NCBI RefSeq assembly: GCF_056712565.1
Contig: NZ_CM160072.1
Direction: 5' to 3' (one strand)
DNA length: 64,000 nt
Below, in pieces: positions 1-13,124 of this stretch; position 1 is the first letter of the stretch; every line of letters starts with the position of its first letter. A program made the translations under genes and the position numbers. A model generated the notes under the pieces. It was not told where the DNA came from. It did no database searches and saw only the letters and a list, made by a program, of their open reading frames with translations.

Positions 1-350
1 GCAGAGCAATTAGTCTCAATTTGCAAACGCTAACTGAATGCAGAATAGGTCAGACATCAATGTCTGGTTTATTCTGCATTTTTTATTGAATGTAGAATTT
101 TATTCTGAATGTTTGTGCTCTCTATTTTAGGATTAATTAAAAAAATAGAGAAATTGCTGTAAGTTGTAGGATTCAGCCGATTTATTATCAATTTCATCCT
201 CTGTAATGGAGGATTTTATCGTTTCTTTTCACCTTTCCTCCTGTTTATTCTTATTACCCCGTGTTTATGTCTCTGTCTGCCAATTGCTTAAGCAAGATCG
301 GACGGTTAATGTGTTTTACACATTTTTTCCGTCAAACAGTGAGGCAGGCC
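1..350 (+). promoter_or_regulatory. AT-rich upstream regulatory region of ilvIH (promoter region, expected Lrp-regulated)
   Basis: AT-rich non-coding stretch immediately upstream of the ilvI start; individual binding sites not mapped here. Confidence 0.4.
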
Positions 351-2075
351 ATGGAGATGTTGTCTGGAGCCGAGATGGTCGTCCGATCGCTTATCGATCA
401 GGGCGTTAAACAAGTATTCGGTTATCCTGGAGGCGCGGTCCTTGATATTTACGATGCATTGCATACCGTGGGTGGTATCGATCATGTTTTAGTTCGCCAT
501 GAGCAGGCGGCGGTGCATATGGCCGATGGTCTGGCGCGCGCGACCGGGGAAGTCGGCGTCGTGCTGGTAACGTCGGGTCCAGGGGCGACCAATGCGATTA
601 CTGGCATTGCCACCGCTTATATGGATTCCATTCCATTAGTTGTCCTTTCCGGGCAGGTAGCGACCTCGTTGATAGGTTATGATGCCTTTCAGGAGTGCGA
701 CATGGTGGGGATTTCTCGCCCGGTGGTTAAACACAGTTTTCTGGTTAAGCAAACGGAAGACATTCCGCAGGTGCTGAAAAAGGCTTTCTGGCTAGCGGCA
801 AGTGGTCGTCCTGGACCCGTGGTCGTTGATTTACCGAAAGATATTCTAAATCCGGCGAACAAATTACCCTATGTCTGGCCGGAGTCGGTCAGTATGCGTT
901 CTTACAATCCCACGACCTCCGGGCATAAAGGGCAAATTAAGCGCGCTCTGCAAACGCTGGTGGCGGCAAAAAAACCGGTTGTCTACGTAGGCGGTGGGGC
1001 AATCACGGCGGGCTGCCATCTGCAGTTGAAAGAAGCGGTGGAGGTGTTGAATCTGCCCGTTGTTTCCTCTTTGATGGGGCTGGGGGCGTTTCCGGCAACG
1101 CATCGCCAGGCACTGGGCATGTTGGGAATGCACGGTACCTACGAAGCCAATATGACGATGCATAACGCGGATGTGATTTTCGCCGTCGGGGTACGTTTTG
1201 ATGACCGAACGACGAACAATCTGGCAAAGTACTGCCCAAATGCCACTGTTCTGCATATCGATATTGATCCAACCTCAATTTCTAAAACCGTGACTGCTGA
1301 TATCCCGATTGTGGGGGATGCTCGCCAGGTCCTAGAACAAATGCTTGAACTCCTGTCGCAAGAATCCGCCCATCAACCGCTGGATGAGATCCGCGACTGG
1401 TGGCAGCAGATTGAACAGTGGCGCGCTCGTCAGTGCCTGAAATATGACACTCACAGTGAAAAGATTAAACCGCAGGCGGTGATCGAGACTCTTTGGCGGT
1501 TGACTCATGGGGACGCTTACGTGACGTCCGATGTCGGGCAGCACCAGATGTTTGCTGCGCTTTATTATCCATTCGACAAACCGCGTCGCTGGATCAACTC
1601 TGGCGGCCTCGGCACGATGGGTTTTGGTTTACCTGCGGCACTGGGCGTCAAAATGGCGTTGCCAGAAGAAACCGTGGTTTGCGTCACTGGTGACGGCAGT
1701 ATTCAGATGAACATCCAGGAACTGTCTACCGCGTTGCAATATGAGTTGCCCGTACTGGTGGTGAATCTCAATAACCGCTATCTGGGGATGGTGAAGCAGT
1801 GGCAGGACATGATCTATTCCGGCCGTCATTCACAATCTTATATGCAGTCCTTACCAGACTTCGTCCGTCTGGCGGAAGCCTATGGTCACGTCGGGATCCA
1901 GATCTCTCATCCGCAAGAACTGGAAAGCAAACTTAGCGAGGCGCTGGAACAGGTGCGCAATAATCGCCTGGTGTTTGTTGATGTTACCGTCGATGGCAGT
2001 GAGCACGTCTACCCGATGCAGATTCGCGGGGGCGGAATGGATGAAATGTGGTTAAGCAAAACGGAGAGAACCTGA
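351..2075 (+). CDS. ilvI: Acetolactate synthase III large subunit
   Basis: ORF 261..2075; internal ATG at 351 gives the 574-aa product beginning [21 protein letters not shown]-enzyme family. Confidence 0.95.
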   Translation: MEMLSGAEMVVRSLIDQGVKQVFGYPGGAVLDIYDALHTVGGIDHVLVRHEQAAVHMADGLARATGEVGVVLVTSGPGATNAITGIATAYMDSIPLVVLSGQVATSLIGYDAFQECDMVGISRPVVKHSFLVKQTEDIPQVLKKAFWLAASGRPGPVVVDLPKDILNPANKLPYVWPESVSMRSYNPTTSGHKGQIKRALQTLVAAKKPVVYVGGGAITAGCHLQLKEAVEVLNLPVVSSLMGLGAFPATHRQALGMLGMHGTYEANMTMHNADVIFAVGVRFDDRTTNNLAKYCPNATVLHIDIDPTSISKTVTADIPIVGDARQVLEQMLELLSQESAHQPLDEIRDWWQQIEQWRARQCLKYDTHSEKIKPQAVIETLWRLTHGDAYVTSDVGQHQMFAALYYPFDKPRRWINSGGLGTMGFGLPAALGVKMALPEETVVCVTGDGSIQMNIQELSTALQYELPVLVVNLNNRYLGMVKQWQDMIYSGRHSQSYMQSLPDFVRLAEAYGHVGIQISHPQELESKLSEALEQVRNNRLVFVDVTVDGSEHVYPMQIRGGGMDEMWLSKTERT

Positions 2076-2077
2076 TT

Positions 2078-2569
2078 ATGCGCCGGATATTATCAGTCTT
2101 ACTCGAAAATGAATCAGGCGCGTTATCCCGCGTGATTGGCCTTTTTTCCCAGCGTGGCTACAACATTGAAAGCCTGACCGTTGCGCCAACCGACGATCCG
2201 ACATTATCGCGTATGACCATCCAGACCGTGGGCGATGAAAAAGTGCTTGAGCAAATCGAAAAGCAATTACACAAGCTGGTCGATGTCTTGCGCGTGAGCG
2301 AGTTGGGGCAGGGCGCGCACGTTGAGCGGGAAATCATGCTGGTGAAAATTCAGGCCAGCGGTTACGGGCGTGACGAAGTGAAACGTAATACGGAAATATT
2401 CCGTGGGCAAATTATCGATGTCACACCCTCGCTTTATACCGTTCAATTAGCAGGCACCAGCGATAAGCTTGATGCATTTTTAGCATCGATTCGCGATGTG
2501 GCGAAAATTGTGGAAGTTGCTCGCTCTGGTGTGGTCGGACTTTCGCGCGGCGATAAAATAATGCGTTGA
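2078..2569 (+). CDS. ilvH: Acetolactate synthase III small (regulatory) subunit
   Basis: ORF 2048..2569; start at ATG 2078 ([19 protein letters not shown]), 163 aa, 2 nt after the ilvI stop. Confidence 0.95.
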
Positions 2570-2593
2570 GAATGATCTCAATGCGCAATTTGC

Positions 2594-2623
2594 AGCCCAA
2601 CATGTCACGTTGGGCTTTTTTTG
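2594..2623 (+). terminator. Rho-independent terminator after ilvH
   Basis: Inverted repeat agcccaac...gttgggct followed by a T-run. Confidence 0.6.
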
Positions 2624-2748
2624 CGAAATCAGTGGGAACCTGGAATAAAAGCAGTTGCCGCAGTTAATTTTCTGCGCTTAGATGTTAATGAATTTAATCC
2701 ATACCAGTACAATGGCTATGGTTTTTACATTTTACGCAAGGGGCAATT

Positions 2749-3753
2749 GTGAAACTGGATGAAATCGCTCGGCTGGCGGGAGTGTCGCGGACCACTGCAA
2801 GCTATGTTATTAACGGCAAAGCGAAGCAATACCGTGTGAGCGACAAAACCGTTGAAAAAGTCATGGCTGTGGTGCGTGAGCACAATTACCACCCGAACGC
2901 CGTGGCAGCTGGGCTTCGTGCTGGACGCACACGTTCTATTGGTCTTGTGATCCCCGATCTGGAGAACACCAGCTATACCCGCATCGCTAACTATCTTGAA
3001 CGCCAGGCGCGGCAACGGGGTTATCAACTGCTGATTGCCTGCTCGGAAGATCAGCCCGACAACGAAATGCGCTGCATTGAGCACCTTTTACAGCGTCAGG
3101 TTGATGCCATTATTGTTTCGACGTCGTTGCCACCTGAGCATCCTTTTTATCAACGCTGGGCTAACGACCCGTTCCCGATTGTCGCGCTGGACCGCGCCCT
3201 CGATCGTGAACACTTCACCAGCGTGGTTGGTGCCGATCAGGATGATGCCGAAATGCTGGCGGAAGAGTTACGTAAGTTTCCCGCCGAGACGGTGCTTTAT
3301 CTTGGCGCGCTGCCGGAGCTTTCTGTCAGCTTCCTGCGTGAACAAGGCTTCCGTACTGCCTGGAAAGATGATCCGCGCGAAGTGCATTTCCTTTATGCCA
3401 ACAGCTATGAGCGGGAGGCAGCTGCCCAGTTATTCGAAAAATGGCTGGAAACGCATCCGATGCCGCAGGCGCTGTTCACAACGTCGTTTGCGCTGTTGCA
3501 AGGGGTGATGGATGTCACGCTACGTCGCGACGGCAAACTGCCTTCTGACCTGGCAATTGCCACCTTTGGCGATAACGAACTGCTCGACTTCTTACAGTGC
3601 CCGGTGCTGGCAGTGGCTCAACGTCACCGCGATGTCGCAGAACGTGTGCTGGAGATTGTCCTGGCGAGCCTCGATGAACCGCGTAAGCCAAAACCTGGTT
3701 TAACGCGCATTAAACGTAATCTCTATCGCCGCGGCGTGCTCAGCCGTAGCTAA
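2749..3753 (+). CDS. cra: Catabolite repressor/activator, LacI-family transcriptional regulator (FruR)
   Basis: 334-aa ORF with GTG start; N-terminal [26 protein letters not shown]. Confidence 0.95.
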   Translation: MKLDEIARLAGVSRTTASYVINGKAKQYRVSDKTVEKVMAVVREHNYHPNAVAAGLRAGRTRSIGLVIPDLENTSYTRIANYLERQARQRGYQLLIACSEDQPDNEMRCIEHLLQRQVDAIIVSTSLPPEHPFYQRWANDPFPIVALDRALDREHFTSVVGADQDDAEMLAEELRKFPAETVLYLGALPELSVSFLREQGFRTAWKDDPREVHFLYANSYEREAAAQLFEKWLETHPMPQALFTTSFALLQGVMDVTLRRDGKLPSDLAIATFGDNELLDFLQCPVLAVAQRHRDVAERVLEIVLASLDEPRKPKPGLTRIKRNLYRRGVLSRS

Positions 3754-3769
3754 GCCGCGAACAAAAGTA

Positions 3770-3797
3770 CGCGCCAGGTGAATTTCTCTCTGGCGCG
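3770..3797 (+). terminator. Stem-loop downstream of cra (possible terminator)
   Basis: Inverted repeat cgcgccag / ctggcgcg; weak T-tract. Confidence 0.35.
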
Positions 3798-4273
3798 TTG
3801 AGTACGGGAATGGACATCAATATCCTTAAAGTAAATAAGACTATTCCTGGCTATTATTGATAAATGCTTTTAAACCCGCCCGTTAATTAACTCACCTGCT
3901 GAAATTCACAATAATTAAATGATATTGACAGCGCGTTTTTGCATTATTTTGTTACATGCAGAGATGAATTGCCGATTTAACAAACACTTTTCTTTGTTTT
4001 TGCGCAAACCTGCTGGCATCAAGCGCCACACAGACGCAACAGGGACTGTTAACCAGAGAAGATATGTCCTAAAATGCCGCTCGCGTCGCAAACTGACACT
4101 TTATATTTGCTGTGGAAAATAGTGAGTCATTTTAAAACGGTGATGACGATGAGGGATTTTTTCTTACAGCTATTCATAACGTTAATTTGCTTCGCACGTT
4201 GGACGTAAAATAAACAACGCTGATATTAGCCGTAAACATCGGGTTTTTTACCTCGGTATGCCTTGTGACTGGC

Positions 4274-4340
4274 TTGACAAGCTTTTCCTCCGCTCCGTAA
4301 ACTCCTTTCAGTGGGAAATTGTGGGGCAAAGTGGGAATAA
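4274..4340 (+). promoter_or_regulatory. mra promoter region with three 10-bp-spaced GTGGG direct repeats (MraZ operator)
   Basis: TTGACA at 4274..4279; GTGGGAAATT / GTGGGGCAAA / GTGGGAATAA at 4311, 4321, 4331. Confidence 0.6.
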
Positions 4341-4354
4341 GGGGTGAGGCTGGC

Positions 4355-4813
4355 ATGTTCCGGGGAGCAACGTTAGTCAATCTCGACAGCAAAGGGCGCT
4401 TATCAGTGCCTACCCGTTATCGGGAACAGCTGCTTGAGAACGCTGCCGGTCAAATGGTTTGCACCATTGACATTCATCACCCGTGCCTGCTGCTTTACCC
4501 CCTGCCTGAATGGGAAATTATCGAGCAAAAATTATCGCGTCTGTCGAGCATGAACCCGGTTGAGCGCCGTGTGCAGCGCCTACTGTTAGGTCATGCCAGC
4601 GAATGTCAGATGGATGGCGCAGGTCGATTGTTAATCGCGCCAGTACTGCGGCAACATGCCGGGCTGACAAAAGAAGTGATGCTGGTTGGACAGTTCAACA
4701 AGTTTGAGCTGTGGGATGAAACAACCTGGCATCAACAGGTCAAGGAAGATATCGACGCAGAGCAGTTGGCTACCGGAGACTTATCGGAGCGACTGCAGGA
4801 CTTGTCTCTATAA
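4355..4813 (+). CDS. mraZ: Transcriptional regulator MraZ
   Basis: ORF 4319..4813; start at [19 protein letters not shown], 152 aa. Confidence 0.95.
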
Positions 4814-4814
4814 A

Positions 4815-5756
4815 ATGATGGAAAACTATAAACATACTACGGTGCTGCTGGATGAAGCCGTTAATGGCCTCAATATCCGTCCTGATGGCATCTACATTGA
4901 TGGGACTTTTGGTCGCGGTGGTCACTCACGTCTGATCCTCTCGCAGCTTGGCGAAGAGGGGCGTTTGCTGGCGATCGATCGCGACCCGCAGGCTATCGCC
5001 GTTGCGAAGACTATTGATGATCCGCGCTTCTCCATCATCCACGGACCTTTCTCCGCGCTGGGAGAATACGTTGCCGAGCGCGATCTTATCGGCAAGATCG
5101 ACGGCATTCTCCTCGATCTTGGCGTCTCTTCACCGCAACTTGATGATGCTGAGCGCGGCTTTTCCTTTATGCGCGATGGTCCGCTGGACATGCGTATGGA
5201 CCCAACCCGTGGGCAGTCAGCCGCTGAATGGCTACAAACCGCAGAAGAAGCCGATATCGCCTGGGTATTGAAAACCTATGGTGAAGAGCGTTTTGCCAAA
5301 CGCATTGCCCGCGCCATTGTCGAGCGTAACCGCGAACAGCCGATGACCCGCACCAAAGAACTGGCGGAAGTCGTGGCTGCCGCAACGCCGGTGAAAGATA
5401 AGTTTAAACATCCCGCGACCCGTACCTTCCAGGCGGTGCGCATTTGGGTAAACAGTGAACTGGAGGAGATAGAGCAGGCGCTAAAAAGCTCGCTCAATGT
5501 GCTGGCCCCGGGTGGGCGGCTTTCGATCATCAGCTTCCACTCGCTGGAAGACCGCATTGTGAAACGTTTTATGCGTGAAAACAGCCGCGGTCCGCAAGTT
5601 CCGGCAGGGTTACCGATGACAGAAGAGCAGCTCAAAAAACTGGGGGGCCGTCAGTTGCGAGCACTAGGTAAGTTGATGCCGGGCGAAGAAGAGGTGGCTG
5701 AGAACCCTCGTGCCCGTAGTTCAGTTCTGCGTATTGCAGAGAGGACGAACGCATGA
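4815..5756 (+). CDS. rsmH: 16S rRNA m4C1402 methyltransferase
   Basis: ORF 4686..5756; start at [19 protein letters not shown], 313 aa, immediately after the mraZ stop. Confidence 0.95.
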
Positions 5757-6118
5757 TCAGCAGAGTGACAGAAGCTCTAAGCAAAGTTAAAGGATCGATG
5801 GGAAGCCACGAGCGCCATGCCTTGCCTGGCGTTATCGGTGACGATCTTTTGCGATTTGGGAAGCTGCCACTCTGCCTGTTCATTTGCATTATTTTGACGG
5901 CGGTGACCGTGGTAACCACGGCGCACCATACCCGTTTACTGACCGCTCAGCGCGAACAACTGGTGCTGGAGCGAGATGCTTTAGACATTGAATGGCGCAA
6001 CCTGATCCTTGAAGAGAATGCGCTCGGCGACCATAGCCGGGTGGAAAGAATAGCCACGGAAAAGCTGCAAATGCAGCATGTTGATCCGTCACAAGAAAAT
6101 ATCGTAGTGCAAAAATAA
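5753..6118 (+). CDS. ftsL: Cell division protein FtsL
   Basis: 121-aa ORF with a single TM segment; start overlaps the rsmH stop. Confidence 0.95.
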
Positions 6119-6133
6119 GGATAAACGCGACGC

Positions 6134-7900
6134 ATGAAAGCAGCGGCGAAAACGCAGAAACCAAAACGTCAGGAAGAACATGCCAACTTTATCAGTTGGC
6201 GTTTTGCGTTGTTATGCGGCTGTATTCTCCTGGCGCTGGCTTTTCTGCTCGGACGCGTAGCGTGGTTACAAGTTATCTCCCCGGATATGCTGGTGAAAGA
6301 GGGCGACATGCGTTCTCTTCGCGTTCAGCAAGTTTCCACCTCCCGCGGCATGATTACTGACCGTTCTGGTCGCCCGTTAGCGGTGAGTGTGCCAGTAAAA
6401 GCGATTTGGGCTGACCCAAAAGAAGTGCATGACGCTGGCGGTATCAGCGTCGGTGACCGCTGGAAGGCGCTGGCTAACGCGCTCAATATTCCGCTGGATC
6501 AGCTCTCAGCCCGCATTAACGCCAACCCGAAAGGGCGCTTTATTTATCTGGCGCGTCAGGTAAACCCTGACATGGCGGACTACATCAAAAAACTGAAACT
6601 GCCGGGGATTCATCTGCGTGAAGAATCTCGCCGTTATTATCCATCCGGCGAAGTGACTGCTCACCTCATCGGCTTTACTAACGTCGATAGCCAAGGGATT
6701 GAGGGCGTCGAGAAGAGTTTCGATAAATGGCTTACCGGGCAGCCGGGTGAGCGCATTGTGCGTAAAGACCGCTATGGTCGCGTAATTGAAGATATTTCTT
6801 CTACTGACAGCCAGGCAGCGCACAACCTGACGCTGAGTATTGATGAACGCCTGCAGGCGCTGGTTTATCGCGAACTGAACAACGCAGTGGCCTTTAACAA
6901 GGCTGAATCTGGTAGCGCCGTGCTGGTGGATGTCAACACCGGTGAAGTGCTGGCGATGGCTAACAGCCCGTCATACAACCCAAATAATCTGAGCGGCACG
7001 CCGAAAGAAGCGATGCGTAACCGTACCATCACCGACGTGTTTGAACCGGGCTCAACGGTTAAACCGATGGTGGTGATGACCGCGTTGCAACGTGGCGTGG
7101 TGCGGGAAAACTCGGTACTCAATACCGTTCCTTATCGAATTAACGGTCACGAAATCAAAGACGTGGCGCGCTACAGCGAATTAACCCTGACCGGGGTATT
7201 ACAGAAGTCGAGTAACGTCGGTGTTTCCAAACTGGCGTTAGCGATGCCGTCCTCAGCGTTAGTAGATACTTACTCACGTTTTGGACTGGGAAAAGCGACC
7301 AATTTGGGGTTGGTCGGAGAACGCAGTGGCTTATATCCTCAAAAACAACGGTGGTCTGACATAGAGAGGGCCACCTTCTCTTTCGGCTACGGGCTAATGG
7401 TAACACCGTTACAGTTAGCGCGAGTCTACGCAACTATCGGCAGCTACGGCATTTATCGCCCACTGTCGATTACCAAAGTTGACCCCCCGGTTCCCGGTGA
7501 ACGTGTCTTCCCGGAATCCATTGTTCGCACCGTGGTGCATATGATGGAAAGCGTGGCGCTACCGGGCGGCGGCGGCGTGAAGGCGGCGATTAAAGGCTAT
7601 CGTATCGCCATTAAAACCGGTACCGCGAAAAAGGTCGGGCCGGACGGTCGCTACATCAATAAATATATTGCTTATACCGCAGGCGTTGCGCCTGCGAGTC
7701 AGCCGCGCTTCGCGCTGGTTGTTGTTATCAACGATCCGCAGGCGGGTAAATACTACGGCGGCGCCGTTTCCGCGCCGGTCTTTGGTGCCATCATGGGCGG
7801 CGTATTGCGTACCATGAACATCGAGCCGGATGCGCTGACAACGGGCGATAAAAATGAATTTGTGATTAATCAAGGCGAGGGTACAGGTGGCAGATCGTAA
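6134..7900 (+). CDS. ftsI: Peptidoglycan D,D-transpeptidase FtsI (PBP3)
   Basis: 588-aa ORF with transpeptidase motifs STVK and KTGT. Confidence 0.97.
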
Positions 7901-9374
7901 TTTGCGCGACCTTCTTGCTCCGTGGGTGCCAGACGCACCTTCGCGAGCACTGCGAGAGATGACACTCGACAGCCGTGTGGCTGCGGCGGGCGATCTCTTT
8001 GTAGCTGTAGTAGGTCATCAGGCGGACGGGCGTCGATATATCCCGCAGGCGATAGCGCAAGGTGTGGCTGCCATTATTGCAGAGGCGAAAGATGAGGCGA
8101 CCGACGGTGAAATCCGTGAAATGCACGGCGTACCGGTCATCTATCTCAGCCAGCTCAACGAGCGTTTATCTGCACTGGCGGGCCGCTTTTACCATGAACC
8201 CTCTGACAATTTACGTCTTGTAGGCGTAACGGGCACCAACGGCAAAACCACGACGACCCAGCTGCTGGCACAGTGGAGCCAACTGCTTGGCGAAACCAGC
8301 GCGGTAATGGGCACCGTTGGTAACGGCCTGCTGGGGAAAGTGATCCCGACAGAAAATACCACCGGTTCGGCAGTCGATGTTCAGCATGAGCTGGTGGGGC
8401 TGGTGGATCAGGGCGCGACTTTTTGCGCAATGGAAGTTTCATCCCACGGGCTGGTACAACACCGTGTGGCGGCATTGAAATTTGCGGCGTCGGTCTTTAC
8501 CAACTTAAGCCGCGATCACCTTGATTATCATGGTGATATGGAACACTACGAAGCTGCGAAATGGCTGCTTTATTCTGAGCATCATTGCGGTCAGGCGATT
8601 ATTAACGCCGACGATGAAGTGGGCCGCCGCTGGCTGGCAAAACTGCCGGACGCGGTTGCGGTATCAATGGAAGATCATATCAATCCGAACTGTCACGGAC
8701 GCTGGTTGAAAGCGACCGACGTGAACTATCACGACAGCGGTGCGACCATTCGCTTTAGCTCGAGTTGGGGCGATGGGGAAATTGAAAGTCGCCTGATGGG
8801 CGCATTCAACGTCAGCAACCTGCTGCTGGCGCTGGCGACACTGCTGGCACTCGGCTATCCGCTGGCTGATTTGCTGAAAACCGCCGCGCGTCTGCAACCG
8901 GTTTGCGGACGTATGGAAGTGTTCACTGCACCAGGCAAACCGACGGTGGTGGTGGATTACGCGCATACGCCGGATGCACTGGAAAAAGCCTTACAGGCGG
9001 CGCGCCTGCACTGTGCGGGCAAGCTGTGGTGCGTCTTTGGCTGCGGTGGCGATCGTGATAAAGGCAAACGTCCACTGATGGGCGCAATTGCTGAAGAGTT
9101 TGCTGACGTGGCGGTGGTGACGGACGATAACCCGCGTACCGAAGAGCCTCGTGCCATCATCAACGATATTCTGGCGGGAATGTTAGATGCCGGATATGCC
9201 AAAGTGATGGAAGGCCGTGCTGAAGCGGTGACTTGCGCCGTTATGCAGGCTAAAGAGAATGATGTGGTACTGGTCGCGGGCAAAGGCCATGAGGATTACC
9301 AGATTGTTGGCAATCAGCGTCTGGACTACTCCGATCGCGTCACGGTGGCGCGTCTGCTGGGGGTGATTGCATGA
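7887..9374 (+). CDS. murE: UDP-MurNAc-tripeptide synthetase (meso-DAP adding)
   Basis: 495-aa ORF, Mur ligase P-loop GTNGKTT; overlaps ftsI 3' end. Confidence 0.96.
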
Positions 9375-10729
9375 TTAGCGTAACCCTTAGCCAACTTACC
9401 GATATTCTCAACGGTGAACTGCAAGGTGCAGATATTACCCTTGATGCTGTAACCACTGACACGCGAAAACTGACGCCGGGCTGCCTGTTTGTTGCCCTGA
9501 AAGGCGAACGTTTCGATGCTCATGATTTTGCCGACCAGGCGAAAGCTGGCGGCGCAGGCGCACTACTGGTTAGCCGTCCGCTGGATATTGATCTGCCGCA
9601 GTTAATCGTCAAGGATACGCGTCTGGCGTTTGGTGAACTGGCTGCATGGGTTCGCCAGCAAGTTCCGGCGCGCGTGGTTGCTCTGACAGGTTCCTCCGGC
9701 AAAACCTCCGTTAAAGAGATGACGGCGGCAATTTTAAGCCAGTGCGGCAACACACTTTATACGGCAGGCAATCTCAATAACGACATCGGTGTACCGATGA
9801 CGCTGTTGCGCTTAACGCCGGAATACGATTACGCAGTTATTGAACTTGGCGCGAACCATCAGGGTGAAATTGCCTGGACTGTGAGTCTGACTCGCCCGGA
9901 AGCGGCGCTGGTCAACAACCTGGCAGCGGCGCATTTGGAAGGTTTTGGCTCGCTTGCGGGTGTCGCGAAAGCGAAAGGTGAAATCTTTAGCGGCCTGCCG
10001 GAAAACGGTATCGCCATTATGAACGCCGACAACAACGACTGGCTGAACTGGCAGAGCGTAATTGGCTCACGCAAAGTGTGGCGTTTCTCACCTAATGCCG
10101 CCAACAGCGATTTCACCGCCACCAATATCCATGTAACCTCGCACGGTACGGAATTTACCCTGCAAACCCCTACAGGTAGCGTCGATGTTCTGCTGCCGTT
10201 GCCGGGGCGTCACAATATTGCGAATGCGCTGGCAGCCGCTGCGCTCTCCATGTCCGTGGGCGCAACGCTTGATGCTATCAAAGCGGGGCTGGCAAATCTG
10301 AAAGCTGTTCCAGGCCGTCTGTTCCCCATAAAACTGGCAGAAAACCAGTTGCTGCTCGACGACTCCTACAACGCCAATGTCGGTTCAATGACCGCCGCTG
10401 TTCAGGTTCTGGCTGAAATGCCGGGCTACCGCGTGCTGGTGGTGGGCGATATGGCGGAACTGGGCGCTGAAAGCGAAGCCTGCCATGTACAGGTGGGCGA
10501 AGCGGCAAAAGCTGCTGGTATTGACTGCGTGTTAAGTGTGGGTAAACAAAGCCATGCTATCAGCACCGCCAGCGGCGTTGGCGAACATTTTTCCGATAAA
10601 ACTGCGCTTATCGCGCGTCTTAAATCACTGATTGCTGAGCAACAGGTAATTACGATTTTAGTTAAGGGTTCACGTAGTGCTGCCATGGAAGAGGTAGTAC
10701 GCGCTTTACAGGAGAATGGGACATGTTAG
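9371..10729 (+). CDS. murF: UDP-MurNAc-pentapeptide synthetase
   Basis: 452-aa ORF, Mur ligase motif GSSGKTS; start overlaps murE stop. Confidence 0.96.
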
Positions 10730-11805
10730 TTTGGCTGGCCGAACATTTGGTCAAATATTATTCCGGCTTTAACGTCTTTTCCTATCTGACGTTTCGCGCC
10801 ATCGTCAGCCTGCTGACCGCGCTGTTCATCTCATTGTGGATGGGCCCGCGTATGATTGCTCATTTGCAAAAACTTTCCTTTGGTCAGGTGGTGCGTAACG
10901 ACGGTCCTGAATCACACTTCAGCAAGCGCGGTACACCGACCATGGGCGGGATAATGATCCTGACGGCGATTGTGATCTCCGTGCTGCTGTGGGCTTACCC
11001 GTCCAATCCGTACGTCTGGTGCGTACTGGTGGTGCTGGTAGGTTATGGTGTTATTGGCTTTGTTGATGATTATCGCAAAGTGGTGCGTAAAGACACCAAG
11101 GGCCTGATTGCCCGTTGGAAGTATTTCTGGATGTCGGTCATTGCACTGGGTGTTGCCTTCGCGCTGTACCTTGCCGGCAAAGACACGCCCGCAACGCAGC
11201 TGGTGGTTCCGTTCTTTAAAGATGTGATGCCGCAACTGGGGCTGTTCTACATTCTGCTGGCTTACTTTGTCATTGTGGGTACTGGCAACGCGGTAAACCT
11301 GACCGATGGTCTCGACGGTCTGGCAATTATGCCGACCGTATTTGTCGCCGGTGGTTTTGCGCTGGTGGCGTGGGCGACCGGCAACATGAACTTTGCCAGC
11401 TATTTACACATACCGTATCTACGACACGCCGGGGAACTGGTCATTGTCTGTACCGCGATAGTCGGGGCAGGGCTGGGCTTCCTGTGGTTTAACACCTATC
11501 CGGCGCAGGTCTTTATGGGCGATGTAGGTTCGCTGGCGTTAGGTGGTGCGTTAGGTATTATCGCCGTACTGCTGCGTCAGGAATTCCTGCTGGTGATTAT
11601 GGGGGGCGTGTTCGTGGTAGAAACGCTTTCCGTCATCCTGCAGGTCGGCTCCTTTAAACTGCGCGGACAACGTATTTTCCGCATGGCACCGATTCATCAC
11701 CACTATGAACTGAAAGGCTGGCCGGAACCGCGCGTCATTGTGCGTTTCTGGATTATTTCGCTGATGCTGGTCCTGATTGGTCTGGCAACGCTGAAGGTAC
11801 GTTAA
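10723..11805 (+). CDS. mraY: Phospho-N-acetylmuramoyl-pentapeptide transferase
   Basis: 360-aa polytopic membrane protein ORF in conserved dcw position. Confidence 0.96.
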
Positions 11806-11807
11806 TC

Positions 11808-13124
11808 ATGGCTGATTACCAGGGTAAAAATGTCGTCATTATCGGCCTGGGCCTCACCGGGCTTTCTTGCGTGGACTTTTTCCTCGCTCGCGGTGTGACG
11901 CCGCGCGTTATGGATACGCGTATGACACCGCCTGGCCTGGATAAATTACCCGAAGCCGTAGAACGCCACACGGGCGGTCTGAATGATGAATGGCTGATGG
12001 CGGCAGATCTGATTGTCGCCAGTCCCGGTATTGCACTGGCGCATCCATCCTTAAGCGCTGCCGCTGATGCCGGAATCGAAATCGTTGGCGATATCGAGCT
12101 GTTCTGTCGTGAAGCACAAGCACCGATTGTGGCGATTACCGGTTCTAACGGCAAAAGCACGGTCACCACGCTAGTGGGTGAAATGGCGAAAGCGGCGGGG
12201 GTTAACGTTGGTGTGGGTGGCAATATTGGCCTGCCTGCGTTGATGCTGTTGGATGATGAGTGCGAACTGTACGTGCTGGAACTGTCGAGCTTCCAGCTGG
12301 AAACCACCTCCAGCTTACAGGCGGTAGCAGCGACCATTCTGAACGTGACTGAAGATCATATGGATCGCTATCCGTTTGGTTTACAACAGTATCGTGCAGC
12401 AAAACTGCGCATTTACGAAAACGCAAAAGTTTGCGTGGTTAATGCTGATGATGCCTTAACAATGCCGATTCGCGGTGCGGATGAACGCTGCGTCAGCTTT
12501 GGCGTCAACATGGGCGACTATCACCTGAATCATCAGCAGGGCGAAACCTGGCTGCGGGTGAAAGGCGAGAAAGTGCTGAACGTGAAAGAAATGAAACTTT
12601 CCGGGCAGCATAACTACACCAATGCGCTGGCGGCGCTGGCGCTGGCAGATGCCGCAGGGTTACCGCGTGCCAGCAGCCTGAAAGCGTTAACCACATTCAC
12701 TGGTCTGCCGCATCGCTTTGAAGTTGTGCTGGAGCATAACGGTGTGCGCTGGGTTAACGATTCAAAAGCGACCAACGTCGGCAGTACGGAAGCGGCGCTG
12801 AATGGCCTGCACGTAGACGGCACGCTGCATTTGTTGCTGGGGGGCGATGGTAAATCGGCGGACTTTAGCCCACTGGCGCGTTACCTGAATGGCGATAATG
12901 TACGTCTGTATTGTTTCGGTCGGGACGGCGCGCAGCTGGCGGCGCTACGCCCGGAAGTGGCAGAACAAACCGAAACCATGGAACAGGCGATGCGCTTGCT
13001 GGCTCCGCGTGTTCAGCCGGGCGATATGGTTCTGCTCTCCCCGGCCTGTGCCAGCCTTGATCAATTCAAGAACTTTGAACAACGAGGCAATGAGTTTGCC
13101 CGTCTGGCGAAGGAGTTAGGTTGA
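11808..13124 (+). CDS. murD: UDP-MurNAc-L-Ala:D-Glu ligase
   Basis: 438-aa ORF, Mur ligase motif GSNGKST. Confidence 0.96.

Noticed and set aside
261..350. N-terminal extensions suggested by the ORF track (ilvI from 261, rsmH from 4686, acnB from 51127, cueO from 56708, gcd to 60752, hpt from 60901, yacC to 56752, nadC to 33290, ampE from 33845, yacL from 54004, pdhR from 41767)
   Set aside because: The longest ORFs overlap upstream genes or lack RBS context; internal starts matching the known protein N-termini and operon architecture were chosen.
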